Source: Toensbergia leucococca
Lineage: Eukaryota
Assembly: GCA_022813965.1 (NCBI GenBank)
Contig: JALDZS010000035.1
Span: 1-64,000, forward strand
Reading direction: 5' to 3'
Length of the DNA stretch: 64,000 bases
Shown: positions 1-12,126 of the stretch, piece by piece
Numbering within the stretch: position 1 is the stretch's first letter
Layout of the letters: each line of letters starts with the position of its first letter
Notes under the pieces: model-generated
What the model saw: the letters and a program-made list of their open reading frames with translations, nothing else
The model's database searches: none
What the model was told of the DNA's origin: nothing
Made by a program: the position numbers and the translations under genes

Positions 1-704
1 CATTGCGGCCCCAAGGACGGATTGTGTTGCTTGGTCATTCAACTAGATGCCAGGATGTTTTGCATAATCTGACGCCTGCTGGCGAGAGGCCTCGGGTTGA
101 TGGAGCTATATTTCAAGCAAGTGCGAGTGACCAGGAGGCCACGGCCACATCTTTCCCACCAACCAGGCATATTTGATAGCAGTGTCAAGGTGGCCCAGGA
201 CCTTTTGAACACCCGAAGAGGAGTGGAAGTCTTGCCGTCAAGGGTAATACATGGCTTTATGGGATCGCAAGTATGCGCTAGACGTGATATAGGATTCCGT
301 GCGTAGGGTTACTGGTTTCGTACAAAGGGTTGAAAGTGGCACGGTCGGTAAACAGAGTATCGAGCAAGAGTGAAGTTCGGATCTGACTTTTCAACAAGGG
401 AGATTGCAGTAATTGTAATTGTAGCATAATCGTTGGTCTCTTGACGATCTAGCTCCATGCCTCCACCTCATCCCGCAATATAACCCGTTGATGATCTTAC
501 ACTAGAACACTCGGCGATCCAGTCTGAAAAAGGAGTCCAAGAAGATAGCAGTGCTTTTTGTACACAGAACAGAGAGTAGAGAATATCCGCACCCACACTT
601 TACGAGCGGCCGACTTCCTATTTCGCTATATGTACAGATGATTTGATGGATCGAATCAGAGTTACCGACGTCGCTGGGCCAGGCTCAACATCTAAAGTTC
701 AATG

Positions 705-3666
705 TCATTTGGCTTGGATAACCACGCCATCGTAATCTCTTGACGAAATGTAGTCCAATGTCCTCTGAAAATGCCGCTTTGGGCTGTCGAGTGATGAGCT
801 CTCTTGATTGGTTTGCACATTCGAGTGGATGAGCTCGATGAGCCCATTCAGGTACTTCGTCGTGACCTGGCACAATTAACATCTGTCAACATTAGGGCTT
901 GAAAGGAGGAGCCAGGAGCTTACCGTTTCGTTCTGTTGATCAAAATAATAAACATATCTATTCAGGATTTCTACGAACAACTCAACAGATACCGCAGTAT
1001 CCATACATGCGTCTGCAACTCGCAGGGCTCGCTGCAGGCACTCAAGTACGCGCTTGCCGTCACGATATAGCTGCAATATGTGTCAGCTCACGAACAACAT
1101 GATCTCTAGTATGCATACATTCTTCGAGTCCTCCTCGCCCTTTGCGGATATCTCTACAGCCCACCACAAGTGGCTTGCTAGGTACACGGCTCGACATTGG
1201 TCGGGTTTCTTGAGAAGCTTACTGCCATGTAGTGCGCATTTCGTGATCAAAGTATCGTAATTCTCTTTGCCAAATCCCCTTGTTCCATGCAATGCACCTG
1301 CAATCACACAGACGGCTTGAAATTGTGCTCTCGAATCACTGACAGCTTCCTCGTATATTGTGAAGGCTTGGGCGAAAAACTCGTAAGCAACTTCTTCAAA
1401 GCCTGTCTGGTCCGCTACTTGACCACAAGATACGAAGAGTCGGAGGCACAGATCAGCTGCACCATTGACACGCGTGTAAAGAGCGGATATGGAACTGTGC
1501 ATGAATTTGTAGAGAGAGGAAGATTGTGACTGCCAATTGTCGTCGTAATGCTCTCGGTTTTTGTAGGTTCGAGCGAGTTTTAAAGACGATGTGAGGATCG
1601 CCGGAGTGGTGTATTTGATGCGCTCGTTGCCATCGGCGAATGCTTTGCGAGTGCTTTGAAGGAGTTTGAATTGTACGTCGTTGTCGGAGCTTTGGATGAG
1701 GTGCACAATTCTTGCCAGCCATCCCTGCTCTATCGTTGTTTCATCCGTCTCAAGTCCCCTTCGTTGACTGGACACGCCAGGGTAACCACCAGGCTGTTGC
1801 ATACCTTCTCCTACCAACACTCGCAAGATCTCAAGTACACCCTCAAGATTGTCTGATGTTGAAATTTTGGTCTGGTTTCGAAGGATACTGCGAGCTACCT
1901 CGCCAGCAACATCACGTCGAGTCGGATATGTTTGTGCGTGAAGCAAAGGGATATAATTAGGCAGCGAAAGCGCGGTAAACGGCGAGACATAGGCCTTGAT
2001 GGGTGCAAGAAGGAGGCTGAGAATGTTAGATTGTGTGGTGGCTGAATGTAGGTCAGCACTATTGGCGAATTGAGTAACCTTTCCGTTGGCGTAAGATAAT
2101 ATTTGGTCTACATATTCTGCTTTGCTGTCAGTACCAACTCATTGGATATCAAGAAGTAGATTTTACCCAACCGCTCCGGGTAGATGTTCCTAATGCGCCA
2201 TCAGTCTTGCCTGGTACAAAAGTCGTTTGGCCAAACTCACAAAGCCAGATTAGATAACGAGACAAGTAACGCTATCGTGTCCTGTATGTGCAGACGCTGA
2301 GCATTGACAAGGTTGATGACTTGATTGTAGAAGATCTGATAGAGTTCGACGTTTTCAGGTATGCCCCTATTCTTCTTCGCGAAGGGCTTCTCAACGCCGC
2401 CAATAGCAAGCACCGATCCAGAGTCCGGGCTAGATTCAACATTACGCGCTGATTCATCCGCAGGAACATCACCATTTGTCTGCTTGCTGTTGTTAGATCC
2501 AGGCTCTGCTTTGCCCTTTCTAGAATCAACACTCTCGGTCTCCTTTGATATTCGTAACTTCTCTAGTAAACTTGTGGTAGCCTCCTCCTCGATTTTCTGG
2601 CGGTCTTCTGGGAGTTCTGACTCTGACTCTCGTGCAGCATATGTTGATAACCGGTCCATGAGCCCTATAACGATTGCCTTAATATTCACATGGGGGTTCA
2701 GGCGAGCAGTCGCGGAAAGCAGTTGATCAAGAGTATTCAGATGAAACTCGTCTGGGAAAACTTGCGTAATGACTGGCACAGCTTATTAGTCACTTGAATC
2801 CAACACATCACGTAAGAATCATACAGACCCTCAAGAAGGTACTCTTGGGCCAGTACGTCTCTACACTGAACAACCTGCTCTAAAAGTGGTTGTAGTATGG
2901 CGTTCTTGTATGCTTCTAGATCGACCAACTGGCTAAGTCTAACCAGATTACTCCCGACCAGTAATTGTAATTCTTGCCTCTCTTTCGTTCTTTGCTCTCT
3001 TTCTCTTGAATGCCCTTGATGCTGCAATCTCACCCACAGCTTGTTCATCTCCACAAAGTTGGTCAGAATGAAGCTGATTGAGTCTTGCAGGTTTCCTTCA
3101 GGTCCATCCCCACTCCCAGTGGGCAAGCAGTCCCGAGCCTGGCCCGAGAGGTAATATCTTAGGAAAAGACCTCGTATTGGGTGCTGGACCCCTCGACTCA
3201 TCTCCATCATATCCTTCATAATCTCCTTGACAGGTGCGTCCTCAATTGCCATATACACCGTACCAACCGTAATCATGAGGTATAGACGAGGAACAATGTT
3301 GCCGGCATATTGAACCAACTCGTACAGATCGGCTAGGTGATTGACTGGATGAGACTCGCGGAGGTATACCGAAAGATGCCTCAAGGCGTCAAAGACTGCC
3401 ATGTAGAGCTCGTAGTATTGTTTAGGACCCAGGGTGCTGGTTCGGAGCTCAGAGACTAGGGTAGAGCTATGGGAACACACTTGCCATTAGCACAGATAGC
3501 TCCTCTGGGAGTAATTTTCTGAAATAGCGTACCTGCATTTCAAAGCATCCATGAGCTTGCCAGGAGATTCTAAACATTTGCGCATCAAATGTGTTTGTTG
3601 CCGCACCATTACTAGAGCATCCTCCAGCAGTCGGGACTGATCTTCAACGGCAGGTGGTGAAGACAT
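705..3666 (-). CDS. VPS35: Retromer cargo-recognition subunit Vps35 (multi-exon)
   Basis: Exon ORFs carry Vps35 motifs ([59 protein letters not shown]). ATG at 3666. Manually spliced last exon [16 protein letters not shown]...VVIQAK* ends at 705. Confidence 0.97.
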
Positions 3667-4345
3667 TGTGCTTCTGTCCACCATTCGGCGAGAATTTTGA
3701 GTCTGGTGGGTTGCTGTGTATTCCTATTTTTTTTATGAGAAACGGGAGATCAAGAATTGTTGCCTGTCATTCAATACTGCATATGGATAGTAGGAAACAA
3801 GCGAGGATGGCTCGATAGTGAGCATTCTAGTACGAGTAGCATTTCGATTGTCGTATTTTAACGTGATTTCGTATGGCAGCCATTTCGGAGAATTTCTCTT
3901 AACAATTACAGTCTCTGGAATTTGATCCGCTGTGGTCTAATCTATATCGCTGCCATAATTCCTAACGCTCAATCGCGGTCAGAGGTAAATAAATCTACCC
4001 CAAAACCTCAACCAACGCCTAGATCCTTTAGTAATGCTTTGATTTATGGGAGATCATGAGACCTCCGCCTTTCCCTGCATACCAACGCCAACCTTGACTC
4101 AAGTCCCGGGAAATACATCAGAATCGTGATAATAGTCGATTAATCGTGCTTTCGTTATGTGGCGGAACCCTTTTCCTTACTCTTTCAGAGTGTAATAATA
4201 CGGCATTGGCAAATATCTTTAACCCTGAAATCAACCTGCGGAAATTGAAGCTAGGAACCTCGTGGCCGTTGGTAACCCCTCTTTTGGGAAATACTCATTA
4301 TTGGTGGACTACCCTGTGAAGAGAAAGGTCTTGCCAGAGACGTGA

Positions 4346-4999
4346 CTACGTCGCTGCTTTTGGTGTCATACGCCCACGACGTAGTAGTGAGGTCGATGTA
4401 GAAGGGGATCGATAAATGCCAGCATTGGTAGTGGTCGCCGAAGTCAAATTCCACAGTGGATAAGAGGTGCGCAGTTGGCCTTTGTCATAGATGCAACTCG
4501 TTGTCTCGATCGGTGTATCGCTTGATTTGCTTGTCGCCGAGGTTTTCATGGTTGTCGAGCTTGCTGTTACAATTGAGGAGGCTAACATGGGACCAGACAT
4601 CGGAGTGGCAGCTGATGTTTCTGTCGTCACTTCAATCGAATAAACGGTGGAAGAAAATGAGGTTGAGGGCGACGAGGTGCTTGATAGCTCTCGGGTTGTC
4701 GTGATGAAGATAGTGCTTGTCGGTTCAGACTCCATAACAGTTGTGGTCAATACGACTGTTTTCGTAGCTGGGGTAGAAGGCTCCATTGAAGCAATTACGG
4801 TCTTGGTATCGGTGATTGTTGCTATAGAAGATGTAGCAGCTGATCCCCCATCGACGGCTACAACAGAATACGGGGAACGTATTTGTTTTGATTTTTGTCT
4901 TCTACTTTCTCCGGAGTTCAGAGGGAAAGCTTGTGTGAACACGACATTCGAAGACAGCAAAATTATGTCCAAGAAGAATTTTAGAAGCATAGTATGCAA
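4346..4999 (-). CDS. Secreted Ser/Thr-rich protein (likely O-glycosylated, cell-surface)
   Basis: 217-aa ORF with a hydrophobic N-terminus (signal-peptide-like, ...VVFTQA|FP) followed by a long S/T-rich tract. Confidence 0.7.
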   Translation of the reverse strand: MHTMLLKFFLDIILLSSNVVFTQAFPLNSGESRRQKSKQIRSPYSVVAVDGGSAATSSIATITDTKTVIASMEPSTPATKTVVLTTTVMESEPTSTIFITTTRELSSTSSPSTSFSSTVYSIEVTTETSAATPMSGPMLASSIVTASSTTMKTSATSKSSDTPIETTSCIYDKGQLRTSYPLWNLTSATTTNAGIYRSPSTSTSLLRRGRMTPKAAT

Positions 5000-6359
5000 T
5001 AATTCACTTTATTATAATGAATGCGACACAAGCAGTGACTGTTGTGATCTTCAGAGAAGGACAAAACATAAACAAGAATTATAACAGAGTAGGATTTATG
5101 AGTGTGCAAATAATGGTGGTAGACGAGGACTTATTTGATGGCACAATGAAGAAACTCCTGCTATCAGCTATCACGTATTATAATATATTCCTAGCAATCC
5201 TATGTCTTTTCGAAGGCTGGGTACTAATCAAATTATGAGTGTGGACGAGGTTGGTGATGGCCCAGAAGTCGTCAATAAACATGAGGCTGGTGAAAGACAA
5301 GCTAGAATTGGACAAGGTGGCTGGAGTAGAATAGAATACTCACTATGATAAATTACCATATTTTACCCTCACGATACGAGAAAATCTACTCTAGAGGGGA
5401 AAACCCCCGGAGACTGCTTTCGAATTGTTTTCCCTAAGGCACCTAGAATACTCGTACACATGTTAGAAAGCACCTCCAAATAATCAGAGAGCCGCGTTAT
5501 GACACTCCTACCTGATCCAAAGTTCAGGGAGCTTGTTATCTCTTGAAAGCCAGGGGACTTATGTACTGGAAACAGGACTTGATTCAGCAACTTCGAGTTA
5601 AGAATACACAGGGCTATGAAATCCTAGTGTATTTGTCCCATACGCGCCCCCTGGCGAGCCTCCTTGTGGTAAGCTCATCTTGTGACCGACATTCCTTTAC
5701 TGAGGGGTCTACTGACCCAGTGCATTACTCAGTGTAGTGCCTTTCAGAGTGAGCATAAGTATACTCGGAGACTCGTATATGTTGGGCTATGATAGAATAC
5801 TGACACCTCTTACCTGGAGGCTATCTCGAGGCTACCTAGTCTCCTAGTGAGGAGTGAGGGTGGCCCAAGCGTCATAGGTATTCTAGGTAGGTGGGCACGT
5901 GGGGAAATCGGTCGCAAAATGGGGTTATAATACTACTTACCACGAGTAGGTACTCGCACCGAGTAAAGCTTTGGTTCACCTCGTCGGTGCGTTGAACAAA
6001 ATTGGATTTTAGAGCCTCCCCAATCACTCTACGAGTACGTGTATCTGCAAACCTTTGATGAGGTGGCCTTTCTCTTCGAACTAGAGTATCCGTACGGATA
6101 AAGCACTCCAAGATCGATCCCACTTTGCTGATTCGTTAGGATTTTCATCAAATTACAAAAATCATATTTGAAAATCGTACCTACACCTTATCCACTAAGG
6201 AGATAAGGATATTTAAAGTCTATAATTGGGGCAGATGACTATCATCTACTCGTACACACTAAATACCTGACCTCAAGAATGTCTGAATCCATCACACTGC
6301 ACAGACCGCAGTCACGGACACAAGGTTTCGAGAGGGCCTAGGGATTATTGATCGAAACC

Positions 6360-7154
6360 ATGTGCACGATGATCAAGGGCCAGGAAAGACACGTATCGCC
6401 CTTCCTTCGATGCCCTGCTGAGATTCGTCTCATTATCTACGAGCTGTTGCTTGCAAATCATGTCGACAAGACGCTCTGCATTCGTACAGAGCGCTCTTCA
6501 ACACAGAAATTGCGGCAGTCCAAACAACAACGTCGATCCAAATACAGGATTATGTCCGATCGCTTTCGTGCACGCAGTATCGAAACAAGTTACTGCCTCG
6601 TCGAAAATCCTGGATTATTCCCCTCGATTCTCGGGGTGAACAAGCAAATCCACGCAGAAGCTTCCCACGTTCTCTATTCGGAACATACTTTCGACTTCAA
6701 CACCGACGTGGAGAGTGTGGTCCCTTTTTTCCGGGATCTGACGCCCTTCGTACTGTCCAATATTAAGCGTGTCAACATTGTCAAGCGCGCCCTGCCGTAT
6801 GTGAAAGACTTCGACCGCTGCGAATGGCGTAATGTCTGCGCTTTCATTTCCAACAACCTGAAACTCGTTGAATTTGGTCTTGGCATATTAGGAGGGAAGC
6901 CGGCCGCGCAATGGGAAGCGGAGGAGACGTTTGAGACGTCGGATTTCAACACGATATCAAGATTCGAGGGAATGGAGTGGATGAGGCAGGTCGCAGCAAT
7001 CAAAGGGTTGCGGAACCTTGATGTCAAGGTGCATCTTCAACATTGTCCTCCGCCATGTTCGACTGCAATGGCTTTCTTTGTGAACTTCTCAGCCAGTGTA
7101 GAGAAAGGATTTGCGGAATTTTTGAGATTGCAGATGGTAACAAGAGCACCTTGA
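6360..7154 (+). CDS. Fungal hypothetical protein with F-box-like N-terminal motif (DUF7730-type)
   Basis: SPFLRCPAEIRLIIYELL plus ILGVNKQIHAEASHVLYSEHTFDF, a pattern typical of this Pezizomycotina family. First ATG at 6360. Confidence 0.8.
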   Translation: MCTMIKGQERHVSPFLRCPAEIRLIIYELLLANHVDKTLCIRTERSSTQKLRQSKQQRRSKYRIMSDRFRARSIETSYCLVENPGLFPSILGVNKQIHAEASHVLYSEHTFDFNTDVESVVPFFRDLTPFVLSNIKRVNIVKRALPYVKDFDRCEWRNVCAFISNNLKLVEFGLGILGGKPAAQWEAEETFETSDFNTISRFEGMEWMRQVAAIKGLRNLDVKVHLQHCPPPCSTAMAFFVNFSASVEKGFAEFLRLQMVTRAP

Positions 7155-7357
7155 TATCTTCGCACTTTCAACCAATAAATTCACATTGTTCTGGGGGTTC
7201 TTTAGAACGCATGCCATTGCTCCACAGCTCCTACATAAATTTCTTGGAGAAGGAGCCTCCTTGACCTCACTTACCTCATGATTTGTTTCCATTTACGACG
7301 GCTATAGGATTACCTACGAAGCTAATGGAGCTTGGCCATCGTTTCCGCATAACGTAC

Positions 7358-8376
7358 TCAATGCCATTGACATATCAGTGATGTCTTCGCGTAGTGGAAC
7401 GCCTTCAGCAGACCGACTAAGTGGGCAATCGCAGCAAATACGATAAGAACATGGAAAATCTGATGGGAGCTGCCCCATACGTCGAAGCTCCCCGGCATCA
7501 AGCGCTCTGGTACTCGAGCCTGGTATATTTTCATCAGTAGTACACAATAATGAAAATAGACAATGCGCACTGCATAGATTGCACCACCAAGAAGATAGAG
7601 CGATCCCTGCAGCAGAACCCAGGAGAGTCCAATCTGCAATTCCATCTGTCTAAAGCCATATAACTTCAATCCATGTACGACAGGGACTATGGCGGACAAG
7701 CCCATGGCTGCAAACATGCCTGCTCTGCAAGGCCTCCAGGGCGGAGTACGAAACTTGGGGGTTATGGAGACTGTGATGCACCCTATGCCAATGGTCGTGA
7801 TCTATTCTGCGGTCACCACAAGATGATCTCGTTATTGAGACTCGATGCGTGTCTCACCATTGTCCAGTAAATCTTTTGATGCATGGGATCACAGTAGAAG
7901 CCGTAATACAGACTGGACAGAAAACTTCCTGTGATTAATGCTACAATACCCACATAATCTAGCTGATTCGCCAACTGATTGACCCTAGATGAGTGATTTG
8001 AAATTGTGTGGTAACAAGCAGAAATCCCCAAGCATAGTGTCGCACCACCAAAAAAAGCAGCAAAGGCGAGGACATCGGCGGAGGTTGTTAGGCTGTGGTT
8101 GGAGAGGTAAATAGAAAGGCCAAAGAAAGCAAAGAAAAGCGCCGCCCATAGGTGGCTATGTATGTTGACTGATTCATTGTTGAGGTAGAAAAGACTCTGG
8201 AAGGAGCGAAGAAACGAATAGGAAGGGTGGCGGTAGTGGGTATGAATGTAGCGGTTGTCTTGTTGCCATTCGGGTAGATGGTCCCAATGAAGTAGAAGGC
8301 TTCTTGGTTTGGAGAGAGAATCGATTCTGTTGACAGGCTCCGCTTGCAAAGGATGGCGACGTGTACTCGTAGTCAT
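7358..8376 (-). CDS. PAQR/haemolysin-III family membrane receptor (IZH-like), 3 exons
   Basis: LPEWQQDNRYIHTHYR, NESVNIHSH, SACYHT, LDYVGI and PERLMPGSFDVWGSSHQIFH motifs; two GT-AG introns. Confidence 0.93.
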
Positions 8377-8437
8377 TTTTTGGGTCGAGATGAAAGAATG
8401 CTACAAGACATTTGTGTGTCTTCTACTCTGTACCTTA

Positions 8438-9074
8438 GAAGGTGTTACCCCTCCATCGGCCAAACCCATCACTCGGCCAACCCTATAGGGCTGAGCAGGC
8501 AAATTTTCGAGATTTTCTCTCCGTCACTTATTATCACCTTCATACTGACTTATCACCTCCATACTGACTATCTAAATGTTCTATTTGGTTGTATCAACCT
8601 CCCAGTCCTACTGTATCGTTCCGGTACCTTGTTGACCTCCTTCTGAGCCTCCTTCCAAGCCTCCTTCCGAGCCTCCTGCACCTGTTCTGTCACCGTGATC
8701 CTGAGTACTACCACCAGCGTACAAAGGCGAGGAGGAGGAAGAGGTGACTTGATGAAGGCCCTTCCTCATGGTTTAGCTGATATCTTATGAATGGGAGACT
8801 CAGGAACACTCAGGGGTGAAGGAGGATTCGGAGGATAAATGGGGTGTATTCGGAGGAGCGGGAGGAACCTTAGGTGAGGGGGTTGAAGAAGAGGAAGAGG
8901 AAGAGGATTGATGAGGTAGATCTGACATAACGATAGCTATAGAATGATGTTGTTAGGGTATGGAAATAACGATAGAATGAATAGGTGATGGAGAGAAAAT
9001 CGCGAAAATTTGCCTGCTCAGCCCTATAGGGTTGGCCGAGTGATGGGTTTGGCCGATGGAGGGGTAACACCTTC
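8438..9074. mobile_element. Non-autonomous Tc1/mariner-type DNA transposon, 637 bp, 95-bp TIRs, TA TSD
   Basis: 8438-8532 is the reverse complement of 8980-9074: the first 72 bp are identical, with 3 mismatches in 95. TA flanks both sides (8436-8437 and 9075-9076). Confidence 0.9.
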
Positions 9075-9174
9075 TAGAGTGGGCTGTTAGTTCTAGTGCT
9101 GATCGAGGGACCATGGACACGCGGCCTTTTGGCCTCAAGTTTACATCGCAAATTTTTACCACTGTTCTTTAACT

Positions 9175-10133
9175 ATGGCAGGAAATCTCGCCGCTGACCG
9201 GCGGCCAAGTGCAGCATGGTGTAGGCTCATGAATGCTCCAGCAGACCCTCTTGGAAACATAGGCCTTCCGTCCAAAGGAGACAACAGGCATGCTAATTCG
9301 GCCTACTCTATCAAGATCGGGCCACCGGCTAAGCAGTCCACAGACTTTTGGACCTGAAGGTGCAAGAAACTTACTATCATAGGATCGTGGAGCGATACAT
9401 GCAATTCTGCGCAGTCGACAGGAAGGGAGACACACTAGACAAGGCATTTGCCTCTCTTTCCCTTGGCGGTTTCGATACTGAGCGCCCTTCGCAGCCTACC
9501 AAACTCCCTGATACGACTGAAAGCAGACATCAAGCTGAAAACGTGCAGGAGCTGTCGACTATAATGCTGGCCATGCGTAAACTCCGCGAAGCAATTGTTG
9601 CATCCTCCCGAACCGATAGTTTTGCCCAGCAATCCTACATCTTCATCATCCGTGCTACAATACTAACGATGCATATGGAATCTTATCATCCTGCCTTGCT
9701 TCATCTTCTACGCAAGATTCATCCCGTGACGGGTTTATCAACGCCTGATATCCATGAGTTTGTGGGTTATTACATCCTTGATTTGGCTTGTCGGCAGGAC
9801 GATTTAGCTGCAGCTTACGCAGTACGGAGCGAATATAAGTATAGAGATGCCAGGATAGATAGAGTGCTAAAAGCTCTAGTGCACGACAATTGGGTTCTGT
9901 TTTGGGCCGTGGGAAAGTTGGTTGACGGATACCAAAGGCATTTGATGGGTTGGGCCGATGATGGGATGAGGAGCCATGCGCTGAAAAGCTTGGGGAGGAG
10001 CTATCTAAGTGTCGAAAAAGACTACGTCGAAAAGAGTGCCAATAAAGAATGGAGTATGCTGAAAGAGAAGGAAAATGTCGGTTGGCAATTGGAAGGGGAG
10101 AGAGTCACTATAAGACGGGTCAGGCGCAATTGA
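9175..10133 (+). CDS. PCI-fold (CSN8/PSMD8/EIF3K or SAC3/THP3-like) protein, 2 exons with a GC-AG intron
   Basis: LAMRKLREAIVAS, ESYHPALLHLL and ALKSLGRSYLSV motifs. Removing intron 9288-9343 joins GLPSKGDNR|LLDLKVQE in frame. Confidence 0.82.
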
Positions 10134-10825
10134 AAGATGATCCAAGCATGATCTGGCAACGTGACGGCATTTCTTCGAACAATTTATAACTGCACGGATT
10201 GAACGTCTCCTCGCAGACCTACTGGACAGGACGAGCTCCGCTCCGCCAGGTGTTTGTGAATCGCGTACAACCGCGAGTGGGACAGGGCAGATCCAAAAGT
10301 CGATCAATCAAAACAGCTTATATGGAGCTAATTTACATTAAAGGGTACACGGAGAATAATAGACCGACAATCTCGATCGGAAGGACTAGACCAGGCGAAA
10401 AGCAGGCAGATGATGGAAGAGTGTGATGCGGAGGAAATGTGGTTATTGTTTGGCCTCAAAGAGAGAGGATTGAACATTGGGAAAGAATAATGACGGCTTC
10501 TCGATGAATTTCTCTGTACCGTATTTCATAAGTCTGAATGGAATGGAAGTGTATACTAATGGATCAGTTCTGAACATAAAGCTTACAATTATTTATCCCC
10601 GCCCAAAATTCCAACGATTTTTCCCAGTGCTCAGTTCTGATACTGGCTTGACTGACTTGCGAGCTTGCTAAGTGTGACGTATGGGCTGCGCTTGGAATGA
10701 CGCAAGATCGAAGGACCGCGGCAACTGAAATCCGGGGAAACAGCCAGTTTCGCTTTCCAATTGGCCAGCTTCTCTTTTACAAGCCATCATATCTCTCGAA
10801 TCTTTCATCACCTCACACATTAGCA

Positions 10826-12099
10826 ATGGCGGAGAATCGCCTTGCCCGCATCGCAGGCCACCTCAATTTTCCAAAGGGCATGCTTGTGAATCAAGTTGCC
10901 ATTATCACAGGGTCAGGCCAAGGAATCGGCGCTGAGGCTGCCAAATTATTCGCGAATGAGGGGGCCAAGGTCATCGTGCAGGATATTGATGCAGGTTATT
11001 CCGCCTTTCCATAAGTCTGTCGACGTGGGCTCTCTGAGTCCACACTTACTAATTGAAGCCTTTGGCACTAGCCAAGGCCGAAAGTGTGGCAAGGAATATC
11101 AACGAGGCAGGAGGAACAGCTGTTGCGGCACCTGGAGATATCTTGGATGATCAGCATATCAACGAGCTGGTCAAGAAAGCCGCCGAATTTGGCCATGGCA
11201 AGATTCATATCATCGTTAATAATGCAGGGTTCACTTGGGACGGAGTTATCCACAAGGTCGCTCACGCTAGTGAATCAATGGAGCAATCGCTAACGATCCC
11301 TCATAGATGACGGATAAGCAATGGTAGGATTGAACCTAAAAAGGTTTTCTTGTTATTTGGGGTGTTAAATTATAAAAGGGATACAATTATTGCTCTTCAC
11401 AATACAGCGCCTTTTAAACTCGTCAGAGCGGCAGCGCCTTATTTCAGAGTCAAGGATGGGGAGCCCAGAAACATCATCAACATCAGCAGCACAAGTGGAA
11501 TTAACGGCAATGCGTGTGGAGCCTGCTTGAATCGGAGATGAAGTTAAGAAGCTGACGGTACCACAGAGGGCAAGCAAACTATGCTTTAGCAAAAGCAGGC
11601 GTTGTTGGTCTAACCAAAGTCATCGCGAAAGTGAGTAATAGATATCCAGCTACACAGTCTGAGATTCTAACATTGACTAGGAATGGGGACCACAATTTGG
11701 TCAGTGAAACTCCCTAAGCTAGTAAATCACAGTCACTCACAGGATACCTACAGGCGTTCGGGCAAATACGTAAGCTACTACTGTCCAGCCAGAGAAGATT
11801 GTAAGAGGTTTCTAAATTAGTCAACGACGCCTAGAATTGCTTTCGGCCATATCTTGACCCGTTTGACGGCTGCAAAGGAAGAGGGAGCCTTTGTTACGAG
11901 CCGTGATGGCTCGAAGATTATGCTTGGAATACCCAAAGCCCAAAAAGAGGCGGCAGGGGGCAATGCACACGCAGACATCCCGCTCCGAAGACCAGGCACT
12001 GCAACCGAGGCAGCGAGTGTAATACTGGCTGTTGCGAGCCCTTTGTTTAGTTATGTTGACGGCCAGACAATCATGGTCACTGGTGGAAGGAATATGTAA
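10826..12099 (+). CDS. Short-chain dehydrogenase/reductase (3-oxoacyl-ACP reductase-like), 8 exons
   Basis: TGSGQGIG Rossmann motif, NNAG, NISS, YALAK catalytic motif, IPLRRPG. All exons splice in frame. Confidence 0.93.
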
Positions 12100-12126
12100 A
12101 GCTCTGTTTGGAAGCTGTCATAGCGG

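Noticed and set aside
5300..6200. TpA-rich stretch with short minus ORFs, possibly a RIP-damaged relic
   Set aside because: No termini, repeats or recognisable protein motif, and the two ORFs are in different frames.
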